Source: Tubulanus polymorphus
Taxonomy: Eukaryota; Animalia; Nemertea
Direction of reading: 5' to 3'
DNA length: 64,000 nt
Assembly: GCF_964204645.1 (NCBI RefSeq)
Contig: NC_134025.1
Span: 5,642,001-5,706,000, forward strand
Positions within the stretch are counted from its first letter, which is position 1. Every line of letters begins with the position of its first letter. The notes below the pieces were generated by a model, which was not told the origin of the DNA, made no database searches, and was given only the letters and a program-made list of their open reading frames with translations. The position numbers and the translations under genes are program-made. Shown one piece after another: positions 33,018 through 47,300 of the stretch.

Positions 33018-33996
33018 TTACCGAACATTTTATATCTATATTCAACGTTTGTTTTGGATTGAGATGGTTGATTTGATATATAATATATGATATGTAAATA
33101 GTTTTTTTGTGTATAAATTGTAACATAGATATATCACATTTTGCGCGGCTTTGAAATATATGTTTTTTTCTTTCTATAAAATGTGTTTCTGTCACTTTCT
33201 CTGTAACTGCATTCTATCATCAATACATACCGGTAATTCAATACAAAATAACTATATTACAATAGATAATCATCAAGGGATTTTGTACGCTTCTCATAGA
33301 AGTAAGGGATCCCGATCATTTTGTATTGGCCTCCCTGACACAAGTCATTATCTACTAGCTTAGAATCTAGAAAATCCACATCACAACGAACACAAAGCTT
33401 CATAATTACAGTTTCATGATATAGTTTTTTATTTACTTATAATTCTTTCTTGTTGCCAAACGGACTAAGACATCCAGAATATACAGTACAAAGGATATAA
33501 AAATATACCAGTATGAAATAATGTAAAATTGGTGATACACCAATAGCACTTTTGATTTATTTGCACCTTTATAGATAAAAACCAACACCCTGAAAAAGAT
33601 ACCCAGCAGCAGTCTATATACAACGTACTGATGAAGTACAATTCAAAGACATACCGGTACTAGACAAGTGCATCTGGTTTATGACGCATGTCAACAAATA
33701 CATACAGTATTCAATTCCTACCACTGAAGCAACAACAATTTGGCGAATTAATTAAGAATATTATCTCTTGCCTAGAGTCTACTTTTGCAGTAGATTAACA
33801 CAGAACACATTGACACAGAATGCAATAACTATCAGCTGCTTTTCAAAATATTAGATTTCTTCAAACTCGTTAAATCAACAATCAAAATAAAAACAAAAAT
33901 ATAGAAACAGTTCAGGAGTAACAATAATCAGCTTTGGTACAATATTGGAGTTTACAAGTTCATCCAATATCAATAGAAAACCGAAATTATGTGAAT

Positions 33997-36900
33997 CTAT
34001 ATTTTATTTACACTGGTTGCAGATAATAAATACCGTTCAACGTCTACATTTTTATTCCTGCGAGCTTCGGATATTGGAGTAGTATTGAATTTATCCATTA
34101 GATTTATTGATGCCTTGTTTTCTACTAAGAACATGACTGTCCTCATGTGTCCTCTTGCGGCAGCCTGAAAAATGTGAAACATTTACACAATGAATAAAAC
34201 AGATATCAATTTTGATCGAGAATGAGTGATACCACTACAAGTATGATTAAATCGGAGCTAGTTGGTTAAAGGTAGTTGGATCGACCTAATTTAATCCATA
34301 ACATAAAGTAGTTAAGGTCATCTACCGGTATATCAGGTCGTTATATTACTAAATACATGTACTGTAAGTTTTATTCAAGTACTTACTATATGAAGAGCAG
34401 TTCTTCCATCATAATCACATTGTTGTAAATTAACACCCACTAGTTTCATACATTCTAACATAGCAGTATTATCTTCAGCAGCAATACTACAAAATAAAGT
34501 GCGTTATACTAAACATTAAAAAAATACTGACCTAGGGGGGAAAAACTGCCAAAATTTCTGTAGATGTTAAACATGAGATACATACCAGCAAAGCTCTTGT
34601 CCCAGCCTCATTGGTGACATAGTCAAATGGCCACCAGCTTGATGTAACAGTCTTACAACATCTTGGTGTCTGAACATGATCGCGTTCCAGATCGGTGAAT
34701 TCTGAAATCGATCCCTGGCATGAACTAAAGAACCTTTCTGTAGAAGAAACTGTACAACATGACGATGGCCTTCACTGGAAGCGACATGAAGGGGAGTACG
34801 ACCATCATAATCACTCATCATAACAGAACCACCCTGCAAATATAGGTTGAAATCCATGTAAGTGTTTGTGGTAAGTCGTCGCTATGTTTATTTTGCAGCA
34901 CTTACCGATTCTAACAGTTTCTCCATAGTAGCGATATCTCCAGATTTGGCAGCAGCACACATCATCGAAGGAACTATCGCTTGCCGCAATGTGGTCACTT
35001 CCTAAAGTCACAGTAATAATACAAACAAGAGGGATTAGGAAGGCATGTATCCACTTAGAAGAAAAATAACATAAATACACAGTCGCAGTACCTCAACTGA
35101 TGTAAGATTCATAGCTTCAGCAACTTTGTCAATTAGAGTCAGATTAACAACTTCACCATAACTTCCAGGTGTATTCATTTGTTTCATTTCACCTCTTAAA
35201 TTCATTTCCATCATCTACAAATCAGAACAAGTCGTTAGCGCCTAAAAAGCTGTTCCGTGTTGATATGTATCGGTAAGGAGTATTCAAGTCTTGGTATCAA
35301 TGGTTAGGAATGTGTGTAAACAACAAATATTCAGCACGCAAGAAGTCAATTTAATACAAACCTGCCTTTTCTCTTTGAGTGGAATATCTTTTCCTAGCAC
35401 ATAACTAAGTTTAGTGAGAGCTGCTTCAGGTGTCATATCAGAACCGGGAATAGTTCCAACATCTAACAGTGCCTGAAATGATAAGAGATTATATATTCGT
35501 GTAAAAACCTCAAATATCAATGCTTCCTTCTTCATAGCATGCTTACTTAGCAATAGTATCTTGAACAATCTAAGATATTAAGTACCTTTCCTGTTTCATA
35601 CTGAGCCGACACATAACCGCGAGCACACTGTGTTATGTTAATGATGATAATTCCATTTTTTGTAGCTTCCGCGAAAACCTCCATCAAATCTTTGCGAGAA
35701 TGTGGCACATTTCCCGCACCATATGTCTGTATGACAACCCCCTGTATCGGCGGGCGGAAAAAAGCTCGAACCTGAAGCCGATAAAACAGAATAAAACACA
35801 TTTATAAGAAATCATACTGTTCCCAAGTGATTAGTAAGGTAATTGTACAAAACACAACCATTTCTCAATATCTGTTTGAATGTTACTATACTTACGGTGG
35901 CAGCAGTAATACTCGGAAATAAACGAAGAAGCCCAACATTTGGACACAAGTTTGTACTGATATGAAACCGACCTAAGGAACTATGTCTCAACACTGATTG
36001 CCAATCAACTGGAAAATTATAGCAATCAGAATAGATCAATGCTGTTTTAATTCATGAGAAAGATGATCGAAACAAGAGATTTGTGGTGAACACTGACCGT
36101 GAATTCCTATTCCTAGTGTAACCAATGGTGACATATTTGGTGAATTGAACGCGTCTAGACTACTATTATCAACCTTTGTACATCTATTTCCGCGCATGAG
36201 TTTGTTATTGAAATAGATTGTAACCTGAAATCACGACATAAACAAACAAGTTTGTTACAACAGCTGGGGGTCCAAAATTCAAGATTTTAACTATGGTATC
36301 CTAGGTTCTACCTATTGCGACAAGCACCTGTGAGTGTACTGTAAAGACTTTAAACATACCTCTCTGATACAGTAGTGTCCTGCTAGCATTAAAGCCCCTA
36401 GGAAATTATCTCGTCCATCTGACCTAGTTTCAAAAATAGGGATCTACAATGAATGAAAGAAGGATGCTCGTAATTGGGAACTGGTACTGGCTTATTTGGT
36501 TATTCTCAGTAATCAATTTTACCTGAGATCCTGTGAGAATTACAGGTTTCCCTAAACTTTCAAGCATAAATGATAATGCCGAAGCTGTATATGCCATTGT
36601 ATCTGTTCCATGAAGTATCACAAATCCATCAAATTTGTCATAATTTTTCTGAAAAATAGAAAACAATAGATAAGTTTCATTCACTAGGATTTCTGAAATT
36701 ATGATTACGCCTCATGAAACTCAGCTGATAAACAATTAAAACCTTTATGTCACGAGCAATTCTCGAGTAATCATCCATTGTCATATTACAAGAATCCAAT
36801 AATGGCTCATACTCAAGCACTGTGTAAACGATATGTTTTCCTTCTTTGGACACACTATAAAATGAAAAAAAAGTTCCAGTGATGATTTATGATGAAAGCT

Positions 36901-37589
36901 GGACTTTTTTTTATATTGAATAAAAATGTTTAAAGTTCATGTATTGGTGGTTTCAAATGAATGGTTTTGGACTGTAGCCTACTTTACATAAAAAAATCAT
37001 CATACATCTATCGGGAAAAAGCCCTGAAGATGGTGTCATACTTTGAATGATCCCAAAGTGATGTGCACTAAAAACTTACGGCATGACTAAAGGTGCATCA
37101 TGGTCGCTTTGTATTTCACTTGCATATTTCGACTTTGGTTTATATTCGGCATTATGGAACATCGGAAGTTTTTTCAACTCTTGGATGAAAAAGTTTGGTT
37201 CTGGGCTATACACTTAAAAAAACACAATGGAGAAACTTCATCAATAACGAGCATAGGAAAACAATGAAGAAAAATACAGCTTTCAAAGTTGACAACAGTT
37301 TTTTCAAGTCATGTAAGGTAAGATACGTACCACCATTGTGACATTTCATACCGATAGTACCACCAGTATACAACACCAAAACCTTTGCCTCAAATGAGCC
37401 ATAATCTTGAACATTTTCGATACTAAATCCTTTCAATAATTTGCGCCGATATGAAGGGTCAATCACGCTGGCTTCTTCTTCCTCATCGCTGTTATCGCCT
37501 CCAATCTTAAAAGATGGTGAAGCGGTCTGTTTTTCACTACTACAGACGCCGGTATTGGAATCAGCCATCATCATCATCGACATCATCAT
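33997..37589 (-). CDS. ASPG: L-asparaginase / 60 kDa lysophospholipase with ankyrin repeats, copy 2
   Basis: [83 protein letters not shown]. Same exon boundaries as copy 1. The exact start Met within MMMSMMMM is uncertain. Confidence 0.96.
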
Positions 37590-37827
37590 CCGCGCGCAAG
37601 AGATTTATATAAAACAACATTAAGAAACATAATCTGATAGGTTTACGCGTCTTCGAGGGTCCTTTACTTCAACCGGTAGGAGCTAACAGCAACTAATTAG
37701 GCCTATAGCATTTATCAATCATTACTAGAATTTAGTCTAAATTAGGATGATTAACTCGGATTAATTCGATTAACTCAGACTTAAATGGGTGTCTTTCGCT
37801 CAACGACCTTGAGTCAGTGGACAAATG

Positions 37828-37984
37828 CTGTTCACCGTCCAGTGCTGCCCGTTATATAATACTGACGGTGAATATGTGAACTAACTCATTACTCGCATGC
37901 CACAGTAGGAATATCCTGCTGTTGGATTAGTTCACGGATTCACCGTCGATGTTATATGTAAGGGCAGCACTTGACGGTCAACTG
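37828..37984. repeat. About 155-nt imperfect hairpin in the ASPG2/WDPCP divergent intergenic region (MITE-like)
   Basis: accgtccagtgctgccc..atataat..gacggtgaat..gtgaactaa pairs with ttagttcac..attcaccgtc..gttatat..gggcagcacttgacggt. Inner stem acagtagga / tcctgctgt. Confidence 0.8.
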
Positions 37985-38483
37985 ATTTCGCTGTACTATA
38001 TATAGAGGACGCCGATGAAGTGCAAGTATTAATGTTTACAAACAAACCACTTCAACATACTTTCTTGTTGATTTAGATCACCGTTTAGCGTTTCTTAACC
38101 GAATGACGCGATTGATTGAACTTACCAAATCTACTCACAGCCTGTCTTTTGTAAATGGTCAATCGAAGAACTTTTTGACGCGAAAGAAATCCTGTTGTTG
38201 TCACACTAATTACAAAAACGAACCGAATCTCAAGATTCAATGTATTTGTAATCTGTATGTATCAGTAAGTGCTTGATTGATATCATCAGGCACAATGGCT
38301 AAGCTGAGCTAAGTGTCAAAGTTATTGTGTTGCTTCTATTCTTCTAAATCCATCCATTTGATTAATGTAGGGTAGTAGGCATACTGACAGTGACACTTCC
38401 GGCGTTATTCTTAATCCATCAAATGGTGTGCTTCTTTATTTTAGGAAACAGTAGATGAATCTAGAAATTAGAAACATACGGCC

Positions 38484-41400
38484 ATGGCTTCTGTTTGTGG
38501 TAATTTACATCTGTGGACTGTGAAATATAATACTTTCATTGCAGGTAAGGATCGAATGTAGGGCCTATAGTATTTTCCAATCTATAATTACTACATTTAC
38601 GTAAGTTCAGGACGTATGAGGAATTTTTCTTAAAATTTCTCTTTTTCTTAGATGGTGAAATAGGATGCCACAGTTACCATGATAAAGTAGAACAAGGTTT
38701 GTTGATGATTTATTGTCCAATGACCTCTTGCTCTTGCAAAATATCCTGGGCCCAGTTCCACAGTTGTGAGTTAAATCTGAGTTGAAATCAATTGATTTTC
38801 ATTGTTTTAACTCTATAAAGTCAAATTTAACTCAGAACTTGGGAACTGGATCCTGCAATTGAAATCCTGGCCCTACCATTATTAAATAGGCCCTAGGCCT
38901 AAATGATAATGTGGAATTTCTCTTCTATAGTTTTGCCCCGTGAACATCCGTATGATGAAGAAAGGAAGCAACTGGAAGAAGGTGAGATAATAAATAATTT
39001 AGTAGGCTTTCATGTAGTAAAAGTCTGCCTTCTTTCAAACCACTTTTATTCCGGGCTTTTATTCACAAGTTCATCATTGTAGAATATTGATATCAACAAT
39101 GTATGGATTTCTTCTTCCAGCTCAAGGCATTTCATGGATTCCAAAAAACAAAAGACCAGAAAAATTACGCGATACCCTTAAAGAGGCAGAGGTGTGTACA
39201 TAAAACTCCGAATTTAGCTTCCTATGATTTCTAATTTCTAAGTTAATTGAAAAGTCTATCTACCAATTGTATCCTTTTGTAGGATTTACTGCAAATACAC
39301 AAATGTATCCATATTCGTTGGAGGACAAGGAGATATGTTCAGGTAGAAACCCTTTAAATTTTAAGGGCATTAAAGGGATTGAACCCTAACCATTGAATAA
39401 CCTTTTGATGTCTTAACTACTTCAGATAGACCAAGACTAAAGAAACTTAAGAACAAAAGTTATGACAACTGTTTGTTGAATTTATATTGTAGGTGAAACA
39501 ACTATACTAAACAAACTTCACTTATTTTCAGCTGATACTGAACAATGGTATATTGATAGTGTATATTCTTGCTGGACACTCTGGTGATGTAGAACGTATA
39601 TTTATAGATAGATCTCTTATTGGTAAAATCAGTACCGATATCATTAATGATGGTATGTACCGATTCTAACTTAACATTTATTGAGAAGCTTCAAAATCAA
39701 CAATGTTTGACTTTCTAGTTTCCTGCATTAGGATTGAAAAGTTTAATTCAAAGAGATGCTGTTTATATTTCTATTTTTCAGCGATTTTCACTGATAATTT
39801 TATGGCTTTCACTTACTGTGATAAATCGAAACTAGAATTTGTTCAGTTCAACAAGAAACTGCCATCGGGCCAGGCTATCAAAAAATTAGAAAAACTCTCA
39901 ATTTTTTACCCAAAGGTACTGCATTTTTATCTATATTCCATTTCACCAAATTTCGTTCTGCTTGTGAAATTAAATTCTTTCATCTCAAACGTTTTGACAT
40001 CTTATAGTATAGCCAGTTGGAATTACCAGGTCCAAGCGGAAGAAGACTAGATCGTAGATTGTCGGTGAATTTAAATCAAGATCTGATATTAGTTTGGTGG
40101 TCGACGTCGAGCGATGAGGCGTGGCCCTGGTCACCAATGACTAGTGATAGAGAACGTGCTAATCTTACTGTTATAAGTCTCATCAAGTGAGAGTCAAATT
40201 TTGACGATACCGTAAACCGTTACACAATCTGTCTTACTGATTGCAAATGAAACTGTATATCTTCCATTTCAGCAATAAGATAGACTTGCTGTGCTATGCC
40301 CGGACTGACTGTGATCCCATCTATGCTGGTTTTAGGTGAGTTTGTACAATGAACTTTCTTTTCTTAACAAATACACTGGACTAATTTCAAATTAGTTCTT
40401 TTTCTATAGGTTAACTCTGAGTCAAATCTTAACTCAGAACCGAGTCCTGGCAATTGCATGTTTTGTCTGGATTATATCTACCAATATCATAATATCCTCT
40501 GTTTTATTACAGCCTTATTCAATCACAACAAATATTTACAATTGAACAAACAGTTGGATCTGGAGGTGAATTATCAATAGATAACTGTATCTATGAAACT
40601 GCTCGAAATAAGGTTCGCATTTTCAAAAAGATTCACCATAAACTGTGTACCACTTCATGTATTCATTTTCGTGAATCATCAATCTTCTTTGTAGATTCAA
40701 AGGGCTGCAGTAACCACTATACCACTGAAAAGTTAGTTTATCTATTGAAAAATCCTCCTGTCTAATGTGAATCGGTGTAATCCAGATTTTCTATTTAGAG
40801 TTCATTACTTTTGAATTTTCAGCCACAGTAATTTCACACTGTCGTAATCAGACAGAAGAAAAACTGATGCTTGGAGGTGAAGATCATTCTCTGGTAAGAC
40901 AATATCTCTGTTATTGTTTACTGCTGATGATAGAAAAATTCGGATAAGCCCAAATATATGTAGAAACCTGTTGAAAATGCTTGTTTATATTATTATTTAT
41001 AGATATTGTACGATGATTATAGACGTGTAACACAGATTACTCAGGCTGCAATTGTAAGTAGATATTATGAATTGCCCATTTATCGAGGATTCATGGAAGG
41101 CTCATTCCCTTCAGTTTGTTGTAGCTAAGGTTTCTATTGCTCTAATTTTAGTTGCCTCAGTTGATCGTTTGGCACCCTGATGGAGTTCTAGTGTTTGTCG
41201 CTAATAATAAAGGCGATATCCAGGTATCTCGACTGTTCTTAGGATTTCAAATTTGCTGTGTACTCATGTGCTGTTTCATATACCGGTACTGTGTATATCA
41301 ATGTTGATTTATATTAACAAGGTATTTGATGCGGCGTTAGCTCCTTTGATGATTCAACTTGTGGCTGAAACTATTACTCCTTGCAGAGTTCTACGTATGG

Positions 41401-43213
41401 GACAGAATGTCAGGTAGATAAGAGAAAATTCATTCTAGATAAAAACAAAGTAAAGATTCGGCAGAGATTAAGCGGTTTTATGCATAGGAGCTGGTTTTTT
41501 GGCCTCTCCTCCAGCCTGATAATGTCTACAATAATATGACGAATGCTTTGGTATTGTAGAAATGCTGTAGTATTAAAGAGAATGTCATGGTGTAATGTCA
41601 GTGTTACACCCAGTGATCAGGTTACTAATGCGTTCGATCCAATGTTGTTGTATTTTGATGGCGGACCAATTGCTACATTTCAACTGTGTACCGGTGTTTA
41701 CGGACAGCATTCAATCACGGCTTCACACCTAATCAATGAATATATCAGATATAAACAAATCGATGAGGTTCGTCTTTTTGTCTTATGTCATCTTTCTTAT
41801 GAGTTCCCTCAAGAGGTCATGAATTTTTGCTTTGGGGGAAATCTTACTCTTCTCAACCATACATGTAATGCCAAAAGCAGTGTCATATATGTAAATTTTC
41901 CAGGCTATTAACCTATTATGTGGTCTGAATTGGAATCGAGATGGTCAAACATGTTTTTGTTGTTTATCAACAATTATCAATCATCTCCTGAAAAATCCAT
42001 TAAATGTTGATAGGGAAGGTAAGTGAAGGACATCTTTGGTACTTTTTCCGAATCCTGACAAATGGTACTTATCTAAATCTGATATTCATACTTTCTGACA
42101 GCACAACTCGAAGCAGTGTTGGGTGCATTCTATGCCCCTAGTCGACCTTTAGCTGAGGTAACGGTTATTGAGTACCGTGAGGCTGTTATGAAGTTTGCCC
42201 GAAGATTCTTCCATCATCTTTTAAGGTAAGATTATTAATTGACTTGCAGATGGCAAATTATTAATGACCATGGTTACATCTAATTACCTTAACAGAAGTT
42301 TGTCATCTTCAGATTTTCCAGATTTGATAAAGCTTTCCTTCTAGCGGTTGACATCGGGGCCAGAGATCTGTTTATGGATATCCACTATTTAGCAAAAGAT
42401 AAAGGAGAACATGCCTTGGCTGAGGTTGCGCGTAAAAAGGCAGAAGCTATTGAAATGGATCGAAGAGAATCTGGTGAATTGATATCATATGTGTTCATTG
42501 TTTCGTTGAAATTTTTCAGTTGTCATATCATTAATACTAGCTGTGTTTATAGATACTGACAGTAGCAGTACTGGTACTGAGGAAAGATCTGATGATGATC
42601 AGGATTACGAAGATGATTCCTTCTATGATGAAACTGATTTAGATAAATCTGAGGTATATCATTATGTCTTCATTATAGTACCTGAATTCATAGAATGGCA
42701 ACATAACAATTTTCACCTTTCAATTTTGAAGCTTTGTGGTAAATAATCATTGTTTCATGTGTTCCCCAAAGTTCATGTTATATGTTTTTGCATATTTACA
42801 GAATGATTCTCCACCACAGAGAGTACGCCTTCATAGAGCACCTGCTGCTAATAACCCTACAAATCAAAGGTTTGTTAGTTAACTGTCTTCATTCAAGCCA
42901 GGGAACCTCATGCCCTGATGTTTTGTAATTCATATCTTGCAGTGTTTATGATGGTTATGATGCTGATGAATTAGATGAAGACTTAACTAAAGAACTGTAC
43001 AATGAATACACGCAGGCTCTTTTACAAAATCAAGAACCAAACGACCAGGTAAAATTCTGTCTGGCGATTTTTGAGAATTCAAAACTATTGTAATAATTTT
43101 TGGAGAAACACAAAATGGACCAGAAACGATTTTCAAGTACATATACATGTTAATTTCAGTTGGGTGATACATCAGCAAGTAGAGTGAAAGTCATACATTT
43201 TGGATTAGTCTGA
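38484..43213 (+). CDS. WDPCP: WD repeat-containing planar cell polarity effector (fritz homolog), about 20 exons
   Basis: LHLWTVK, WIPKNKRPEKLRDTLKEAEDLL, GDVERIFIDRSLIGK, VWWSTSSDEAWPWSPM, DRERANL, ARRFFHHLLR, FDKAFLLAVDIGARDLFMDIHYLA. C-terminus KVIHFGLV*. Confidence 0.95.
38746..38855. mobile_element. About 110-bp MITE, family A copy 1 (WDPCP intron)
   Basis: TIR-like ends ctgggcccagttccacagttgtgagtta ... taactcagaacttgggaactggatcctg. Similar to 56107-56220. Confidence 0.8.
40376..40450. mobile_element. Degenerate family A MITE fragment (WDPCP intron)
   Basis: gttaactctgagtcaaatcttaactcagaac shared with 38746-38855 and 56107-56220. Confidence 0.55.
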
Positions 43214-43404
43214 TGGTGCATACTCCTCTCATTTGCACGATGGAAACAGTCTTCAGTCAACAGCTTTTTATCCGTCCATTCACATATTATAGATTTATAC
43301 ATGATCTTTTTATCAAATAAATACAAATTTACCACTGGAACTATAGTATTGCTTTACTACTATTCTCAACTCGACTGAGTTCTCTGGAATTTGTTGTGGT
43401 GTTA

Positions 43405-44073
43405 CAGGCCCATCCATAGGGGGTTCGAGGGGTTCAGATGAACCCTCCTTTGGTGAAAGTGCCCTTTATCAATTGTTTGACGTCTTAAAATTTTCATCCC
43501 CTAAGTAGAAAGGGCACATGTAGTCATCCCTGTCAATCACAAACATAGGAAAGGGCACATTTTTACAGGACAAGGCAGATAATTTCAAAGAAAAAGGGCA
43601 CATTCAGTCGTCCACCAATAACGAAAAAACAAGAAAAGGCACTTTTAATAGTGTTTATCAATCCCAAAAGTAGGAAAAGTACATATTTTAAGACCAGATG
43701 CATATTTTTCAACAAAAGGTTCACCATTCTTCAGGATTTCATCTTTATTGCCTGGAAACTACATCTCAATGCAGTAAATTTCCTAGAAAGCACTTTGCAT
43801 CAGGATTTCTTATTGCTTGGAAATTGAAACAAAAAGCAGTAAATTTTCAAAACTTTCTTGGGGAGGACCCCCTTGTTTTTCGTGGATAATGCCCTTTTTC
43901 ATAAGTTGTGTTACAGTAGTCCCTGGATCCGCCTCTGGACCAGATTGCAGGAAATTGATCTAGAAACAGGTAAAATATCAAAATTTCATCGCCACCACCA
44001 TCTTGGGTGCCTTTTTTAGTGACATCGCCACTCCCAAGTAGAACCCCCTAAATAAATCCTGTGTACGGGCCTG
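43405..44073. mobile_element. 669-bp non-autonomous DNA transposon between the WDPCP and MAN2C1 3' ends
   Basis: Ends CAGGCCCATCCATAGG / reverse complement CAGGCCCGTACACAGG (13/16). Direct repeat TGTTA at 43400-43404 and 44074-44078. Subterminal ggggttc/gaacccc and repeated aaagggcaca motifs. Confidence 0.75.
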
Positions 44074-44397
44074 TGTTAGAGGTACTTGAAACCAAACTTT
44101 CAAAAGTGATAACTACTGTAACTCGAGATATAGAAAATTTATTTCGCAATAAACCGCTGAAGTGCATCATTTCATGATGGATAAACAAATTCCCTTGTAG
44201 AAAAATTATACTGTATTATCAAACAATGTTTCCCAGCACCAAGGCTGCCTTAGTTAACCCATTTGTCACAACAACGGCAAGATAGGATATTTTCACTAGT
44301 CTACTGTTTTCCACTGTGACCCTTTAGAGATATTTATAGTTTCATAAAGTCATATGGACAGTTAGATACATATACCGGTAGATCAATCTAACAGTAT

Positions 44398-47300
44398 TCA
44401 TAGATAACAAAGCAGAGTTTGAATCTCAAATGGTTTGAAATTAAGTTTTATGGATCCATCAGTTCTCAAGAGACATTTACTATCTTCAAGAGGTTCTTCC
44501 ATCCCATTGCTCCTATAAAATCAAATAAGTATACATGTACTTACAAATAGGTATCCAAAAAGAATTAAATCGCAGTTAGTTCAAAGTATTGAACTATAAC
44601 TTACAGGATAGCCCTTTTCAAAGAAACACGTGTTGTCAATGTAAGTGAAGTCCTGGAACCAAATGCTTCATAGAATCGCAATACCAATACATTATTGCAG
44701 TCTTCACTCTGTTCAAAGGAAAATCGAATTGGATATGTCAAATCACTGCATCAAATAGATAATTATCAAGTTTACAGGGAATTACCTTTTTGATAGTTTC
44801 AAGAATGACAGCTGGCGTGTCTAGTTGGAAGAATGAGAAACTACTTATTGGTACAGACTCCATTTTACTGATGGAATGTAGACGTAATGGAAAGTTCATA
44901 TTGTAAGCTTGTTGAATTACACCAGCATCCTGAAAGGTTCCAGTGTGTGGCATCAGAGCATACGCAAAGCGGTGGACACCCATATCTGCTTTATCATCAG
45001 GCGCTTTAGGTGATCTAAGTCTACAATTTATATTTGAATGATTAAAGACTTGATTATGATTATGAGGTTTAGTTACTTGAAAGTCCATACTATGTACTTA
45101 CAGTGAAAGGCGCATGACATTCTTCAGAGTGGAAAAGCCATACTTTGAATCATTTAGAATAGATACACCCCAGTTATATTCTGACAGATCTGCCCAACGA
45201 TGACTACAAACCTATTATTATGAGCAAAGATATAAAAGACCACAAACTTGAGTGGTCTCAATAAAGTTTTAAATTTTCAGTCAACAATTGAAGAATATCA
45301 CTTTAATTATTGTATACCTCATACTTGGCCCAATCCCATGATGTATTAAAATGTGTTGGTCGCTGAAAATGGCCACTTTGAATTTCATATGTAGCTTGCA
45401 TGCTGCATACATTCACTGGAAACTCAACCTTCAAGAATTTTCTGTTCTCATACCAATGCACCTATAAACATTAAGTAAAAGATTGAAATATGAGAAAAAT
45501 TGAGGCTAATTGGAACGGTCATTTTTCCTTGATCATTCGTTTTACCTCAGTGTCAAATCTTAAATATGGAGATCCCGCATCTAAACTAATCACTTGCTTG
45601 ATGTAACTTTGATCACTTATCTTCACAGAGACTTCTACACTCGCACGAAGAGGACCTTCATCAAGTATCTTAGTTAACTGTATTGGATGTTCCACTGGTT
45701 TTCTAGAAGATCAAATTTTATCAAAACCCCTTCTCCAATTATCTTGGATTTTGCTATTTGGAAATTTATATTCCATTCTCGAAACACAGAATATATAGAC
45801 GTACATACCTTGTTTCGAGGTGATAATCCATCACATCCCATGCATCCCAATACAAAGGCCGGTCATCGAAAATCACAAACTGATTGCCATAACAATCATC
45901 AGCAATAGCATTCCTGAAACCCGAACATACAGCTTCCAGTAAATCGACATACTAGTTATTTGAACAGAATATTCTATAAAAAGATTTTTAACAACTCTGA
46001 CTTACTTTCCAGACTTATTATGAATCAATTTCACAATTCGCCCCAATGAATCAATATAAGCAGTTATACAGCAGTTCTTCAGAAAATGATATTCATGATC
46101 CTGAAGGAACAAAATAGCAAATGGTCTAGCATTCCATTTTTGAAAATGTATCCCAAAATAGCTAAACATGAGGCTGTCTGAACATAATGAGGCTGTCTGT
46201 ACATATAGGCCTATGGTCTTCTTTGATGGTAAATAATGATGTGATATGATATATGTTTTATACCCGAGTGATTCCAACTTTGGCAGGTCCATTTATAGAA
46301 TCTCTATCCAGATCTATACTATAACCATAGCTAGGAACATTGACCATGACTAGAACAGAAGAAACATTTTATCAGAATTATTTCCATTTACTGGTATTAA
46401 ACTGAATATGGCTAATGAAAGATGAAGGTGGTGCCCTTAACTCACTTAATGTATTTCCATATGCATCAGTTTGTGAAGTATCGTCTTTGATTTTCTTCCG
46501 TGCGGGAGAATTAACAGTGTTATTCATAGATAGAGAGATTACTTCATTTCGCGACCAACCAACTGTGTTTATTACTGCTGTGACATCATCACTGCCCACC
46601 TACAATAGGTTTTGCGATGAATAATTCTAAATGCATAATGAGTGAAGACTATAGATAAAGGATATTGCCCTGTTACATACCTCCAATGGAAAAATTGTTT
46701 TCAATGAATCACCAATAAGTCTTTTACCAGTTGTTTCAATTTCTGAATATTAAAGAAAATGGTTTTATTGGTCATAACTAAACCATTACCATCAAAACTA
46801 ATACTTCAAAGTACTAATTATTGAGCTTATAGTGACCAAAAAGCAGTTAAACCAAAAATAAATCACATTTACTGTAGGCTACCTTTATAGTAAGTGGCTG
46901 CATCTTTATAAACCTGCAACAAAACAGTATCTGATCAGCCAAGTCAAAAGGACAAACACTCATCCCTCAAACAATGAATCTGTAGCTAAAGCTATTCATC
47001 AGTGCATACAATATGTACTGGTATGCTCATCAGAGACTGGAAGAACTAACCTCTTGTATCGAGGATCCTGGAAGTACATCATGAAACTGATTCAGCATCA
47101 ACAATTGCCAGAGATGTTGTAAATCCTCAGATGGATAAACATTTCCCTGATTTCTACTAATGGCCAATGATGCCAAGAATTCTATATCATGTAACAGTAC
47201 TTCACATTTTCTATTTTTCTCCTTTGTCTGAAAGGAATCAACAGATGCTATCCGAAAGAAGTACCAGTAAATCGAACCTTAAGAGAAATATATCACTAAT

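Noticed and set aside
46002-46292. Apparent frameshift in MAN2C1 suggested by [14 protein letters not shown]
   Set aside because: The true exon is in another frame ([13 protein letters not shown]...ITR) with canonical GT-AG sites.
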